Shown piece after piece: positions 42,017 through 55,497 of a stretch of 64,000 nt of DNA; within the stretch, counting starts at the first letter, position 1; each line of letters opens with the position of its first letter. The notes under the pieces were generated by a model. That model saw nothing but the letters and a program-made list of their open reading frames with translations. It had not been told where the DNA came from and searched no databases. The position numbers were made by a program, and so were the translations under genes. The stretch is from Chiloscyllium plagiosum (Eukaryota), in assembly GCF_004010195.1 (NCBI RefSeq), contig NC_057719.1:77193339-77257338 (forward strand), given 5' to 3'.

Positions 42017-45000
42017 GTACTGGACAAACTCTCAGCTCCAGGAATACAATTTGTCCTTGCAAATGATATAGCTGATTCACCGGTAGGTGTGCTGCCTACT
42101 CTAGTTGAGAAGCCAGGAATTTTCCCAGATTGTGTAGTCACAAGATCAGAGGCACAAGCTGAAGCAGGAGAGTTCAAAAGGCACAGATAAGGAAGCTGAT
42201 ATAGCTTTATCCAAGACTTTATTTTTTGATCAGTTAAGTGGGACAGAGCAGGAGCAAATAGGTAAAAATGCAAGTATCTTTAGCTCTGCTAAGCTGACTG
42301 AATTACAGCAGAAAGCTGAGAACTTCAAACAGTTGTATCAAAAGGCATGTACAGAGAAGGAAAGCGACTACATCCCTGTGTTATTACTTAACAAATGATG
42401 TCTTATTGAGGAAATGGAGACCATCACACATTCAAGGAGATGAGAAATGGGCAGACATTCATCAAATTGTTTTGCCAGTAGGATATAGAAAGGAGGTGCT
42501 GCGAGTGGCGCATGCGCTAACACTTGGAGGTCATTTAGGGGTGAGGAAAACACAGGCTAAAATACAAAGACATTTTTACTGGCCGGGACTACACAAGGAC
42601 GTAATTGAATTTTGTCAGACATGTCATACATGTCAGCTAATTGGAAAACCACAGGCAGTAATAAAACCTGCACCTTTAATACCTATTCCAGCATTTGAGA
42701 AACCTTTCACAAGAGTCTTGATTGATTGTGTAAGTCCCCTACCTCAAACAAAAATGGGAGTAAGTATTTATTAACAGTACTGGGTGTGTTGACTAGATTT
42801 CTAGAAGCATTCCCATTATGCAACATGACAGCTAAAAGGGTTATAGAAGAATTACTTAATTTATTATAACTAGATATGGACTACCAATAGTGATCCAGTC
42901 AGATCAAGGATCAAACTTAACATCCAAACTATTCGAGGTGGTCATGGATAACTTGGGAATTAAGCAATTCAAATCCACTGTGTACCATTCAGAATTGCAG
43001 GGAGCACTAGAGAGATGGCACCAAACATTAAAACCATGTTGAGGGCTTATGGTCAGGATTATCCAGATGATTGGGATAAGGAGATTCCGTTTGTACTTTT
43101 TGCGATCAGAAATGCACCAAATGCATCGACCAAATTCTGTCCATTTTAATTAATTTTTGGGCATGAAGTAAGAGGGCCATTAAAATTGATTAAGGAGGAA
43201 TTAATAAGTCAGAATTCAGAGACCACCTATTTGGGCTATGTGTCAAATTTTAGAGAACAATTAAATAGAGCTGGAAAGTTGGCAAGATAGCATTTAAAAG
43301 TGTCACATGATACAATGAAACAGGTGGATAAGAAATCACACATTCGCACTTTTGCAATTGGGGAATAAGGTATGGGTGTTACTTCCAGTAACAGATGAGC
43401 CTTTAAAAGCAAGATTTAGTGGACCTTTTCAAATCGAGAGGAAATTGAGTGAGGTGAACTACTTGATAAGGACTCCAGAACAGAAAGAAATCTGAGTATG
43501 TCATGTAAATATGCTCAAAAGGTATTTTGATAGGGAAGGAAAGCAAGAGGGCAAGGTGTTAATGATTACAGCACAGAAGGAATAACCAAGGTCAGAGGAT
43601 TCTGAATTGGACATTCGTCCGATCAAATTGGACAGTGAGGAAGTTGTCAAAAATTGGGATAGGTTATTTAGTTACCTTGCACAAGAAAATTGAAATGACC
43701 TGAAAGAGTTATTACTATCATACAGGGAGGTATGTGGAAATAAAATGGTAAGTACTAACCTAATTATGCATGATGTAGATACAAGAGATGCTGCTCCAAT
43801 TAAGCAACATCCTTATAGGTATGACCCTCTAAAGTTGGCACAGGTTCAGAAGGAGATAGAGAGCATCCTCCAGGATGGCAAAATCGAAGTGAGTTACATT
43901 GACTGGAGCTCACCTATAGTCATGGTGCCAAAGCCAGATGTTACCCAACAGTTAGGTGTGGACTATCACAAAGCCAACACTGTTACAAAGACTGATGTAT
44001 GTCCAATTCCACGGTTGGAGGATTGTGTCAAAAAGGTGGGACAAGCAACTTTTATTTCTCAGTTGGACTCAGATGTCACTGGCAGGTACCTCAGTCAGAG
44101 AGAGAGCAAAGGCAGTTTAGGCTTTTGTAACACCAAATGGACTTTATTAGTTCTAAGTCATGCCATTTGGTATGAAAAAGTCTCTGAAATGTGGCTGGAG
44201 CATGACTAATAAGTTCATTGCCAGGTTATCCAATCATGTTGTTTATATTGATGACCCTGGTGAGTTTTAGTCACTCATGGAAGGAACATTTACAACATTT
44301 ATCAGACTTGTTCAATCGATTTTGGAAGGCAGACTTGGTGGTAAACCTAGCTAATCGTGAATCTGCCAAAGCCCAAGTCTCCTTCCTGGGTCATGTTATT
44401 GGACATGGACAAATGACCCCACAGGATGCGAAAATGAAAGTAATTGGGGAATTTCCCACACCGTCGATGAAAGAAGGAGTGCTAAATTTCCTGGGATTGA
44501 GTGGGTTTTACAGAGAGTTTGTGCCGAACTTTAGCAGTGTGGCTGCTCCACTCACCAAATTGTTAAAAAAGGGCAAGTAGTTTCAGTGGACAGTGGGCTG
44601 TCAAAAGGCATTTGACAGCCTAAAAACTGTATTAATCCCATATTAGCCACACTGGATTACACCGCCTTTCAAGGTAGCTATCGACGCCAGGGATGTGAGT
44701 ATCGGTGCAGTGCTCCTGCAGGAGGATGACGAGGGAATAGGAAGTCCCATCAGGTATTTTTCCAGGAAGTTGAAAATTCATCAACAGAAATATTCATTGG
44801 TGGTGAAAGAGACTGAGCTTAGTGTTTAAATTACAAGCAGTGCATCGGAGACAATTTTATATACTGATCATAACCCATTGATATTTGTGGAAAAATTTAA
44901 GGACAAAAATGCCAGATTGTTTAGATGGAGTAGTTGCAGCCATTCAATTTGACAATTGTGCATGTGGCAGGTCACGAAAAAGTGATTGCCGATGCATTAT

Positions 45001-45185
45001 TGAGACTCGAATGAGATATGGAGATGTTACGTGATGTATGCCACTGCCTGAATTCACGCGATTGTGCATGCTTGCATGTGTATAGTTAGTGTAGTGTGTA
45101 TGTGTGTTTTAGGCTACTAACCAGTTTGTTTTTGAAGGTTTTGATATGGTTCTTTTTTTAAAAAGGGGGCGGGGACAGAAAGAGG

Positions 45186-45760
45186 TGTCACAAAGCTGGT
45201 CCCTTTTTTCCTAAAAGCGGCTGCCTTTCTCAAGGATATTGTCTCCTTGGGTTTTTTTTCAGAGGGGTCATAAAACTCTCCTGGCTCAGAGGTGGCTAGT
45301 TTAGTACAGAGATGAAAAAGGATTTTGACAGGCCTTTTTGTTTATATGTAAACAGATGAGACTTCAGGCCAAAGTGGTCATGTTTTAGAAGTGACCTGTA
45401 CAAGGGGAGGTGTCAGCTCTCTAGCTGAGTTGTTCAGTCCAGAACTAGTTGTGTGAAAACAAGTTCTCTCTCTCTCTTTCTGCTCTTCTAACTTCAACCT
45501 GTAAGCATTTGTTCCATTCTTACTGTTTTGGGACTATTGTGTATATGCAAAACATAATTAAGTCGAGTTTGGATAGACTGAGTTCTGTAGGGGTTCTTTG
45601 TCCTGTTCTTTGTGAATAAATTTGTCTGTTTTAAAACCTGGTAGTCAACCTAGCTAACTTCAGAGAATTTTCACTGTACGCTTATTGAAACAAATTGCAA
45701 CATTATGGTCTCGGCTGGCTGATTAAGAATGTTTTGAGTGGTGTGGCCTAGTCCATAACA
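45186..45760 (+). repeat. 3' LTR
   Basis: Starts TGTCACAAAG right after the purine tract, ends GTCCATAACA. Confidence 0.9.
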
Positions 45761-45864
45761 TGTTCTGATACTGTCAGCTTTATTCCTTCATAACCTGGCT
45801 GCCAAATTCCCCTCTCAAATATATAATTTTCTTTTAAAAATTGACTGCAAAAAATGTAAGTAGC

Positions 45865-46166
45865 TAAGATTACATTCCCTACAGTCTGGAAACAGGCCAT
45901 TTGGCCCAACCAGTCCACACCGACCTTCTGACCCATTTCCCTCTTGACTAATGCACCTAACACTATGGGCAATTTAGCATGGCCAATTCACCTGACCTGC
46001 ACATCTTTGGACTGTGGGAGGAAATCTGAGCACCCAGAGGAAACCCACACAGACACTGGGAGAATGTGCAAACTCCCCACAGACAGTCGCCCGATGTTGG
46101 AATCGAACCTGGGTCCCTGGTGCTATGAGGCTTCAGTGCTAACCACTGAGCCACCATGCCACCCCC
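45865..46166 (-). mobile_element. HE1-type SINE
   Basis: Reverse-complement copy of the same family. Confidence 0.85.
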
Positions 46167-49100
46167 TGCTGACCTTTTGTGAAAGTTCTGTGGCATTTTC
46201 CATTTGCTGTGAAACAAAATTTGTTCAAAACCCACATGGCTAAAAATGTGAATGCCTGCATGAGATGACCAAAACAGAACAATTATTTAAAATTAGATCT
46301 TTATTCCAATAAATATCTAGCAGCTTGATCGTTCAATAAAATAAAATGGTTATTCGTTCAATATAGAGAATTTTCTTTAACAATTAACAAAGTTATAATT
46401 AACATGAATATCTAATTTACAATGGTTTGCTGCTTAAGCTTAAGATGAATTACTCGTTCGCTGATTCATATTTTGCATCAATGTCACATTTATGTAAACA
46501 GAAATGATTCAAGCCTTTTTTGAACTGGGCCTGAACTAATTCCTCAATTCAGAAAGACAAGTAAAATCATCTAGTTGCAACCAAAACATGTAGTTATCAA
46601 TTTTCCAGTTAGTGATCATTTATTAAATTAAAATTTAATTGGGTTTCAAATGAAAAAAAACAGCTTTGAAAAATGTAAGTATTCCACTGTGTAGAGTGGT
46701 ACTTCAGATCATGAGTCTGTACAAAGTATTATTTCTCATTAGAGTCTTTGATCTCTACTTGAAGTTCCTGTCAATCCACTGGGAATATATCTTAAATAGG
46801 AAGAATGTCTGTAAATTTGTTTATAAAAAAACTTTGCTAAATCTTTGTCGAAGCAAGCAAAGCTCAAGTGGCAGAAGCTGCTTCAGAATACAATGGATTT
46901 ATTTTTCCAAATTCCCAAATGTATGACTAACAACCTGGGTTTTCTACTTAACAGCTCACATTCATGGACTGAAGTGTACACAGTGTAGAACAATATACTG
47001 GTTGAATCTATATTCAATATTAGTGACGTTAGTCTGTTCTATATCAATCACCATTACCCATTTCAAAACTTATGCTTTAAAAAAAACCCAGGTAGCAACT
47101 ACTGTAGGATAATTACGTACTCTCCATCTCTACAGATTTTACATAAATATTCAAAAAGTAAATAGGTTGATATTTTTAATCCAATTGGAGATTCTCCAGT
47201 CCACTTGCATAAAAAAAAAGTTATTTAGACATTTACTTCAAATTCTAGTCTAAGCAAAGGAATTTGGTCAGAAATTGCAACTCCGTTTCAAAACTTACTA
47301 ACTTTGGTTGGAATAAAGTTGGAAGAATAATTTAACTTTATGTTTTTTAAGAAAAGTCAAAATAGACATTAAGACCCATTTAATAATGGTCAACTGGCAG
47401 GCTGCTTTGGAGCACAGTTGGAACTGGAGTTTCCTTTCATAAGGAAAATTATGAACTACTTTATTTTAAATAACATGGATTCAATCGGTTCATGGTCACA
47501 TTTTTGATTTTTTTGATTTCCAGAATTGTTCAAACAATTAGGTTAAAGTTTTCAAATTCCTGGAATGAGCCAGTGTTCTTAACCACTACTAAAAGGAAAA
47601 AAGTTGAAGCTGTTCATCCTACACTGATCAGAAGAAAACTTAAAGGAACATTACTTTATACAGCACCTACGAAGAGAATGCTGTTTGATTGGGCCATCAT
47701 TAACATGGAGATGTAGCAGTGAACTGTTAACCTTAATTCTCAGACCAGGCAGGTAAACTCTGATTAGTCAGGATGTTGCCATGGGTTGCAACCGAAATTG
47801 GCTGTCTCCAGGACTTCCTGTTTTGGAAAAGAAATGGTACATGTATGTAAAAATCTCCTTTGCTTAAATAAAGCATCTCCTTTGCTTAAATATCTGTGCA
47901 CTTACAGATATAGCTTCTAGCAGGCATAAACACATCACACTGCAGGCCCTGCTGATCTTAAATTGGATGCCAGTGTAACCATTAGCAGAGACCGTATTCA
48001 TTGATGTGATTTCCAATAGCAGGATGACATCTAATGGTGGATGTTCTTTTCTGAGGCTTGCACACATTGGCTGGTTAGCATGATTCTGATCAGTCAAGCT
48101 CACACAGTGTGATTGAAGCTATATACATAAACATAAAAGACCCTATTTGTGTAAGCAAAAGGAATCTCCGACATTGGCCATCAACAAAACCCTTTAGTTT
48201 GGAAAGAGGTGCAGTTGCTGTTGTGACCCCATGGCACCACACTGACCAGATCAGTTTACTTGCCTGACTTGAGACTGAAGATGGACAGTTAAATGTTCTT
48301 GGTGCATCTCCATGTCAATGACAGATCGGTCTGTCAGCACCCTCTTATGTTGTATAAAATGGTGTCCCTTTGTTTACATCTGTTTCTTCTGTCCTAGTTC
48401 TGATAAATGCAAGACAGAAAGTTTCAACTTCTTGGCTCCTTTTAACTTGTGTTCTTTGAACTCCTAGCCTCTGGATTACTAGTCCAGTGACAATCATTAT
48501 ACTGCTATATCCCTGTGGCTAACACATCACTGGATTAGAAAAATCAAGAAAGGCTTGTAAATGAAGTGGTTACAAAGTCTGTTGGACCATCTCAAAAGGG
48601 ATATCTGATCATTAATTTAGTGACATTTCAACAGCAAGATTTCTTCAGTTTTCTATAACTTTGGTTAGAAAAGGTTTCCTGAGGAAACACTTCTGTTTTT
48701 GTCATTATTGCACAGTGAGGAGAGGAAATCCTCCTGCAGTTACAAAGTCAGAGTTAAATGAAACAGAAGAAAACTTCTTGCTGAATTATGAACAATTGAC
48801 AGACAGTAACATGAGAAACATCATCTGAATGTGTCTGTTTCTCCCCTCATTTTGAAGAACAGGTTAAGCCAACAGTATAACACTCATACTCGAAGTTGAC
48901 ACTAACTTTTAAACAATGTAATTGTGACCAAGCTATATTTACTACTATCTAGTAGAAATGCTTTTTTAATTCATGAGGATGTGCACATCACTGATTGAGC
49001 CAGCATTTACTGCCCTTCCCTCATTGGGCTTCAATCTGAGTAGCTTACTTGGACCATTTCAGTGGGCAGTTCAGACATCTCTAATACCGTGGGTCTGGAG

Positions 49101-49584
49101 TCACATGTGGGCCAGTCCAGGTAAGAAGAAAGATTTCCTTCCTTTGAAAACGTGAACTAGATGGGGTTCCGCTCCCCCCCACAATCAATACTAGTTCCAT
49201 GTTCACTATGAGGCCAGTGGAATCCAGGATGTTTTTACATTAGTAAACCAGTTGAGTTTAAGACAATCAGTAATGGTGAGATTCAAACCCATGGCCCCAG
49301 AACATTAACCCAGGGCTCTTGATTACCAGTCCATTGATACTACCACTGTCTCCCCAAAACTTTGATGTACATCAATTCAGCATTAAGATAGTTGGTTCTT
49401 AAATCGGAAGTTTTTATCGGTTATTCACAAAATGCATTAAAATATTCAAGGTTGTACACTCAACCCAAAATAGTATTGCTCCCTTCTTCATATGGTCTGT
49501 TCTACCATATGAAAATCAGAACTGAAGAGGCAATTTAAAAAATGATTTTCTGACCGTTTTAATTAGTGATTTCTTTAAACTTAC

Positions 49585-49590
49585 TTTATT
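49585..49590 (-). terminator. Candidate proximal polyA signal of the GALNT11-like gene
   Basis: AATAAA on the - strand about 830 nt past the stop; further candidates near 47460, 46619 and 46300. Confidence 0.3.
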
Positions 49591-50421
49591 TTACCAAGTT
49601 TAAAACTGGAAAGAAAAGTGGGTAAACCATTAAGTGTGTTTGGTTAAGTTGTACGGCTGCAGCCATTGTGATACTTCTCAAAAGACAGGCATTCTGTCAG
49701 ATGATGGGGTCTAGCAGACTACTTTAATTGTCAAATCCAACACTGTTGTTGGGCAACCTCCACAAACACATAGACACTGGTTAGGAGTGAGTGAAGCAGG
49801 CATCTTGGCTATTTCCTTATCTCTAGCTATTTCTTCATCTCTAGCCCCTGAGGAAAGAAACCAAGTGCATCAAGTCTAGCACCTTCCTCCCTGATTCCTG
49901 GCCCAAAATGGTCAATGTGTCAGTTTGAGTGATATGAAGTATAACTAGGTCCGAAGGCGTTAATGAGGGGCAAGATGTCATAGAAAGGGGTGGTGCTAGA
50001 AAAGCACAGCAGGTCAGGTAGCATCCAAGGAGCAGGAGAGCCAGGGCTTATGCCCGGAACATTGACTCTCCTGGGTCTAACCACACCAGACAATGCAAAT
50101 ACAATCCAAATCCCTGGGGGAAATTTACTTTGAACTATTATTTGCCAGCTGGGCAAATTAGACCCTTTAGACAATTAAAAACATAAATAACTGATTAAAT
50201 ATTTCACAAAATTAATATTTTCTATCTCACTATTTGTTAAAAAAGACCTAGTGGAGAAAACTGACATGACACTTTGATAAAATAACAATTCACTGAGTTA
50301 GAAGTGGACAGTCTACCAACATCCAGCAGTTCTAGTCAAACATTAATTGTTATCCTTTCTACATCAATGCATCTTGGGAATCAGTTGTTTAAATTGCTCC
50401 CTGTGTGAAATGTTGCTCACA

Positions 50422-50553
50422 TCAGTTGTCTAGTTTCCACTGCTGTGATCTGGAACCGTCACAAATTGCCATAGCAACATATCCTTTGGGATTATCTGGA
50501 TCGATCACCTTCAGGCATTGTCCAGCTGATATCTGATACAAAGAATTATTTGC
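50422..50553 (-). CDS. GALNT11: GALNT11-like terminal exon (ricin gamma repeat): [43 protein letters not shown]
   Basis: Minus strand tttatag|GCA...TGA; 132 nt including stop; matches the GALNT11 C-terminus 'LYQVSVGQCL...[14 protein letters not shown]'. Confidence 0.92.
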   Translation of the reverse strand, partial: ANNSLYQISAGQCLKVIDPDNPKGYVAMAICDGSRSQQWKLDN

Positions 50554-51869
50554 CTATAAAAACATGAAACAGCGATTAGAAAGAGACAAAAGTTATTAAG
50601 ATCGGGCATCTGATCTGCAGCACCCTGAAAGCATTCACTAATTCCTGCTATGGTAATAGCTTGAAATTCATACCTATTATTATAAATAGTAACATGTTCC
50701 TGCAAAATTATTGTACTCTTAAAAGAACTTCAACACACATTAATTATACCGGTAATAATGAAATTTGCTAAACACAAATTGGGCCTGAGGAAACACTAGA
50801 CATTATGATAAAAGGGTGTTGAATCAAGGCTTTAAAGCAGGCAAGTTCAAACTGGACATTGGAATTCCGTTCCTAAATCTGAGTGTGGAATCTAGAACAC
50901 CTTTTAATTGATGGGTGAAGGAACACGAAGGAACAGATAGTTGTGGGATGACTGACTTTTCTTTTGGAGGGGTGGGGTTGAGAGGCAACATAATAGTTAA
51001 GGGCAAACATACAGAGGGATAAAGCAGTGAAGTAGGAGAGAATGTCAAAGGAAGTGAGGAGATTAGCATTCAATGTACATTATTGAGCACTGGAATAATG
51101 TTCAGTGAAATATTGTGCAAAACAGCTAATGGACCACTGGGTTTTGAATAAGCGGATGTTTAGGAAAGATGTAGGATGGGAAGCAGATCATATGAATACT
51201 CGAATGAACAGTCCACATTACAGAAACTGTGCAGGTGTTGAGACAGATGGTGCAATAGAACTAACAGTCAATGTGGGTACAGAACTTGACTCCACATGTT
51301 AAGTTGACGTCATCGAGGAAAGACATGGGGGTCAGGAGTCTGGAAGTTGCAGCAGGAGTGGGCAGGAAGAGAAATACTTGCTGTAACTGCTCCAGCTACA
51401 ACTGAAATTAGGATGATGCAGTCATCTGAATTACAAAGGCCACAATGTGATTTTTCTGACTTTGAACCAAAACAACTCTAAATGAATCAACATTTTGTTT
51501 GTCGAAATTAAAAAGATAACATTGCCAGAAGCACAGGCACCAACTTGGGAGGCAATCATATATCAGAAACATAAACTGGAGCTGGAGTAAGCTATTTGAC
51601 GCTGCTCCACCATTCAATAATAAGAATAGTTCTTCTACCACAGTGTCGCCATCCTGTATTATATTCATATCCTCTGATTTGAATCCGCACAAAGACAGAA
51701 CATCCACAGCTCTCTCTGGGATAGATAATTCCAAAGATTCACAATCTTGCAAGTAAAACATTATCTCACAAGTGTCTGATCCTTGTACCGTGACTCCATG
51801 TTTCTAAATTCCCTAGCTTAGAGAATATTTTCTTTGCTCCTAGTCCTGTCAAGTTCCAGAAGAATCTTG

Positions 51870-52058
51870 ATTCGGAGATGCCGGTGTTGGACTGGGGTGT
51901 ACAAAGTTAAAAATCACACACTTACCAGGTTATAGTCCAACAGGTTTAATTGGAAGCACATTAGCTTTCAGAGCGACGCTGAAGGAGCGTCGCTCTGAAA
52001 GCTAGTGTGCTTCCAATTAAACCTGTTGGACTATAACCTGGTGTTGTGTGATTTTTAA
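51870..52058. mobile_element. Penelope-like fold-back, family B
   Basis: Near-perfect inverted arms; TSD CAGAAGAATCTTG at 51857-51869 and 52059-52071. Confidence 0.82.
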
Positions 52059-52590
52059 CAGAAGAATCTTGTGTGTTTCAATTTAATCTTTTCTCAGTGT
52101 TAATACACTGCACAGAATATATGTCTATTCAGTCTCTCTTCACAACACAATCCTACTATCCCAGGAACCAGCCTAGTGAGTTAGCTTTGCTGCATTCCCT
52201 CTAATGCAGTGCTTTCCAAATTCCGTCACCAATGTGACCCCAATTTACAGTTCGAAACGAATGGGACTCCAGACACTAACAAAAGCAGTAATAAAGCAAT
52301 TCAGTACACAATCATTAAACTTTGTGCATTAGAGATCAACATATAACACATCCTAGAGATCAACATATAACACAACTTGAATATAAAGTCTTTACAAAAA
52401 TATTTCATTCATGTGTAGGTGTAAATCAAGCTTTCCATTTTTCCCATGACAGAAGACCCAAAAGGTCCCTTCCTCCCTGATTCCTGGCCCAAAATGGTCA
52501 ATGTGTCAGTTTGAGTGATATGAAGTATAACTAGGTCCGAAGGCGTTAATGAGGGGCAAGATGTCATAGAAAGACTATTCATGCAATCAT

Positions 52591-52774
52591 GGAGGAAGAG
52601 AGGACTGCAGATGCTAGAGAGTCAGAGTCGAAAAGGGTGGCGTTAGAAAAGCACAGCAAGTCAGGTAGCATCCAAGGAGCAGGAGAGCCAGGGCTTATGC
52701 CCGGAACATCGACTCTCCTAGTTCTCAGATGCTGCCTGACCTCCTCTCCTTTTCCAGTACCACCCTTTTCAACT
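52591..52774. mobile_element. Penelope-derived fold-back, family A (diverged)
   Basis: Inverted arms; imperfect TSD ctattcatgcaatcat / ctatcaatgaaatcat. Confidence 0.75.
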
Positions 52775-54755
52775 CTATCAATGAAATCATCCACAATGAG
52801 GTTTTGCAAGTGACCCGACAGCAGAGAGGAAAATGCAAGATCAGGCAGTGAATGCCCAGCCCACACTCCACTGACTTTCAGGCACTCTCAGTAAATGAAC
52901 ACTGCGAGTGGGTCTTGGCAGGACTTACATAATACATGGGTTGTGAGGTGTCACAAAACAGGATTGGGCTTCAACAAGTCTTTCAGGGACTGTAGAAACC
53001 AAGTACGTGCAGCCTTATTCAACAGGAATTCAAGCCTAGAATGGCAACAGTAAAGCAGATGAGTAATGAAGGGAGAAAGTAAAATGAATGTTTTCCCTTA
53101 AATTATAAATGTATCTTACTACAAATGAGCACAAGGCAATTCATTTTTTTTTAATAGAAAAACCCTCCAAATGAAACATTTTAAAACAAAGATGGAGGAG
53201 AGGAAAATTTCTCTCAAATTTTCCATTCTAGAACTAGCCTGACAATATTCCAGGTTGGCTCCTCCTCTGACTTATGACTGTATTAAGTCTCTCCTACTGA
53301 TAAGTATATCCCTTAACTATAAACTAGAATGAGTGGAAGTCAGACTACTATCTCGCTAAAATATCTGAAGAGTCTTGCACCATGGAAAAATCAAAGTGCA
53401 TTTTTGTAGGTTTGAAAGATCATGTTGCTTTTCAAAGCAGAGATATTTTTTGCTTGAGATTGAGCAGCACCAGCTATCTCTGAATTAATAAAAAGCTGTC
53501 CAGCAAGAACCCTGGGATTGGAACAATTATTGCTTTACACACCAGTGTCGACATTGCTAAAAATGAAAAGGAATAGAAAGTATCTAAAATGAAAGAACTG
53601 TGAAAGACAATGTGGTCCATCTATGTGATCTAGGCTTTTTATCTTTGCAATTTTCTTTTCCCTGTCAGTACTTTTCCCACATACAATACGTCAAACCATC
53701 TACTTTTTGTGTGTCCCAATCACATGTATTTGAGATTGTAAAGGATATAGTTTAAATTGCAAAGCAATAGATTAGTTATCTTTTCTTTTTCTGCCATTTA
53801 TTAATTATATTTATTGCAATCACAATTACCTTACTTCCAATCAATGAAGAAATTTGAGAAAATTGCTTTGGTCCTGAATAGCTGTCAATCAAGCAAATTG
53901 GTCACCTTGGTAGTCTAATTAGGTATTTGGACATTTGTGACTGTGGGCTCAATTATCGGCATCCTCATTCCCTTTGTGTCAGAACCATTAGTATGAACCT
54001 ATGTACCTTCAATTTGTGACATGGTAAGTTTCCAGATGGATCACTATTGTTTCTTTTATATATCTGGCCATTGGGGTACCTGGACTGATTAGAGATATGG
54101 GCCAAATACTGACAAACTAGATTAATTTAGGATATCTGGTTGGCATGGATGAAGCGATTGTCATAGAGACGTACAGCATGGAAACAAAGTCAGCACAGTG
54201 CAGACTAGAGTTGTGCAATGTGACTATGCAGAATCTCCAACGCAGCAGAATTTGTGAAACTTGTTCGGGAAATCCAAGATTCCAATGGCAATTCCCTTGG
54301 AACTCCAGATCTAGATCCCTTTTTAAAAAAAATCCATCAAATGCAGTCCATTCAGAGGGTTCCACTTCAGATGTTATTGAGCAAAAAAACTTAACCAATT
54401 AAAATCCTAGTCTTTCAACTAACTATTGAGATGACACCTTTCATCTCTTGGCCACTAGTATTCTCTTGCTTCTCCAGAAGCATTGTTCAAACAAAGGTTC
54501 AGCAAAACAGCTTATGTAATAGATCTACATCAGATTTTACAGACAGACACCTCATGAGTTGTTCCACTTTGTCTCCCTTGGCTTCAAATCAACACTTATT
54601 AGCAATAGTACACAAGCTGGAAACAGTGGGAATCAAAAACACTGTGCCATTGCCCAGTTAGTTCAGTTACACTTTCTGTCAATAAGCAAGAAACAAGCCA
54701 CTGCACAGAAATACTGGTAAAATGTGACAGACTTTCCAACTGGAAAATAACATAC

Positions 54756-54893
54756 CCCCAGAGTCCAATGTTGTGACCCTCCACTACCATGGCATTTCAT
54801 AAGACGAGGAGAGTCTGACGAATGGGTCTCAGACATATCCAAACAAAGTAGGTTGGCCAGAATAAGGTCATGTTCTTCATTGTATACCCAAAC
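54756..54893 (-). CDS. GALNT11: GALNT11-like exon (ricin beta repeat): [46 protein letters not shown]
   Basis: Minus strand ttaaag|GTT...GGG|gtatgt; 138 nt; CLD and QxW motifs; close to GALNT11 '[43 protein letters not shown]'. Confidence 0.92.
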
Positions 54894-55497
54894 CTTTAAG
54901 AACCATCAAGAAAGATTGATAGAAAAACAAAGACACAACATCTCTATAAATTATAAAGCAGGATTTTAACAATGGGTACAGACCCAACATACCTAAAGTC
55001 ATCTCATAAGACCATCTGAGAATCACCCTAATGAACCTTTTCTGGACGGATTCCAATGCTGGTATATTTTTCCTTAGATAAGGAAACAAACTGTTCACAG
55101 TACTCCAGCCTTGGTCTGACTACTGCCAAGTATAGTTTCAGCAAGACTTGCCTATTTTTATATACCATTCCCTTTGAAGTAAATAGGCAAATGGAATGTT
55201 GTCCTTATTTGCTGAATTTATATACTACCTTGTGATTTATGCACAAGGATTCCCAAATCCCTCTGCTATAGTTTTCCCCAATATCTCCCCAGTTGTATAA
55301 TATCCTCTTCCTTCATTCTGCCAAAGTAAAGAACTTCACATTTTCCCATATTATATTCCATATGCCAATTTTCTGCCCACTCATTTAACCTGTCTGTATC
55401 CCTCTGTAGACCTATTTGTATCATTTGCAAACTTTGATATTGTACACTCACTTTCCTACGTTATTAATTATGACATGAAGACAGACATAAATCCAAT

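Larger units (their letters stand above)
39949..45760 (+). mobile_element. Decayed Ty3/Gypsy LTR retrotransposon, Gmr1-type (gag-PR-IN-RT-RH)
   Basis: Two LTRs TG...CA (39949-40559, 45186-45760); PBS 40563-40581; PPT 45161-45185; QCFHC knuckle about 41340; LLRDTG 41604-41621; integrase HHCC, SDQG and GPF motifs 42406-43430; RT YIDD 44244-44255; RNase H DA..IGAVLLQ to ADAL 44678-45006; many stops and frameshifts. Confidence 0.93.

Noticed and set aside
42406..44580. Integrase before RT suggesting a Copia element
   Set aside because: RT and integrase motifs (IKQHPYR, WSSPIVMV, YIDD, GPF) are Gypsy-type
51870..52058. Long hairpins as possible miRNA precursors or MITEs
   Set aside because: Multi-copy retroelement ends with asymmetric arms and 12-15 bp TSDs explain them; no small-RNA evidence available
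52330..52374. 21-bp direct repeat TAGAGATCAACATATAACACA x2
   Set aside because: Simple local micro-duplication with a 3-nt spacer; not an array or CRISPR-like structure
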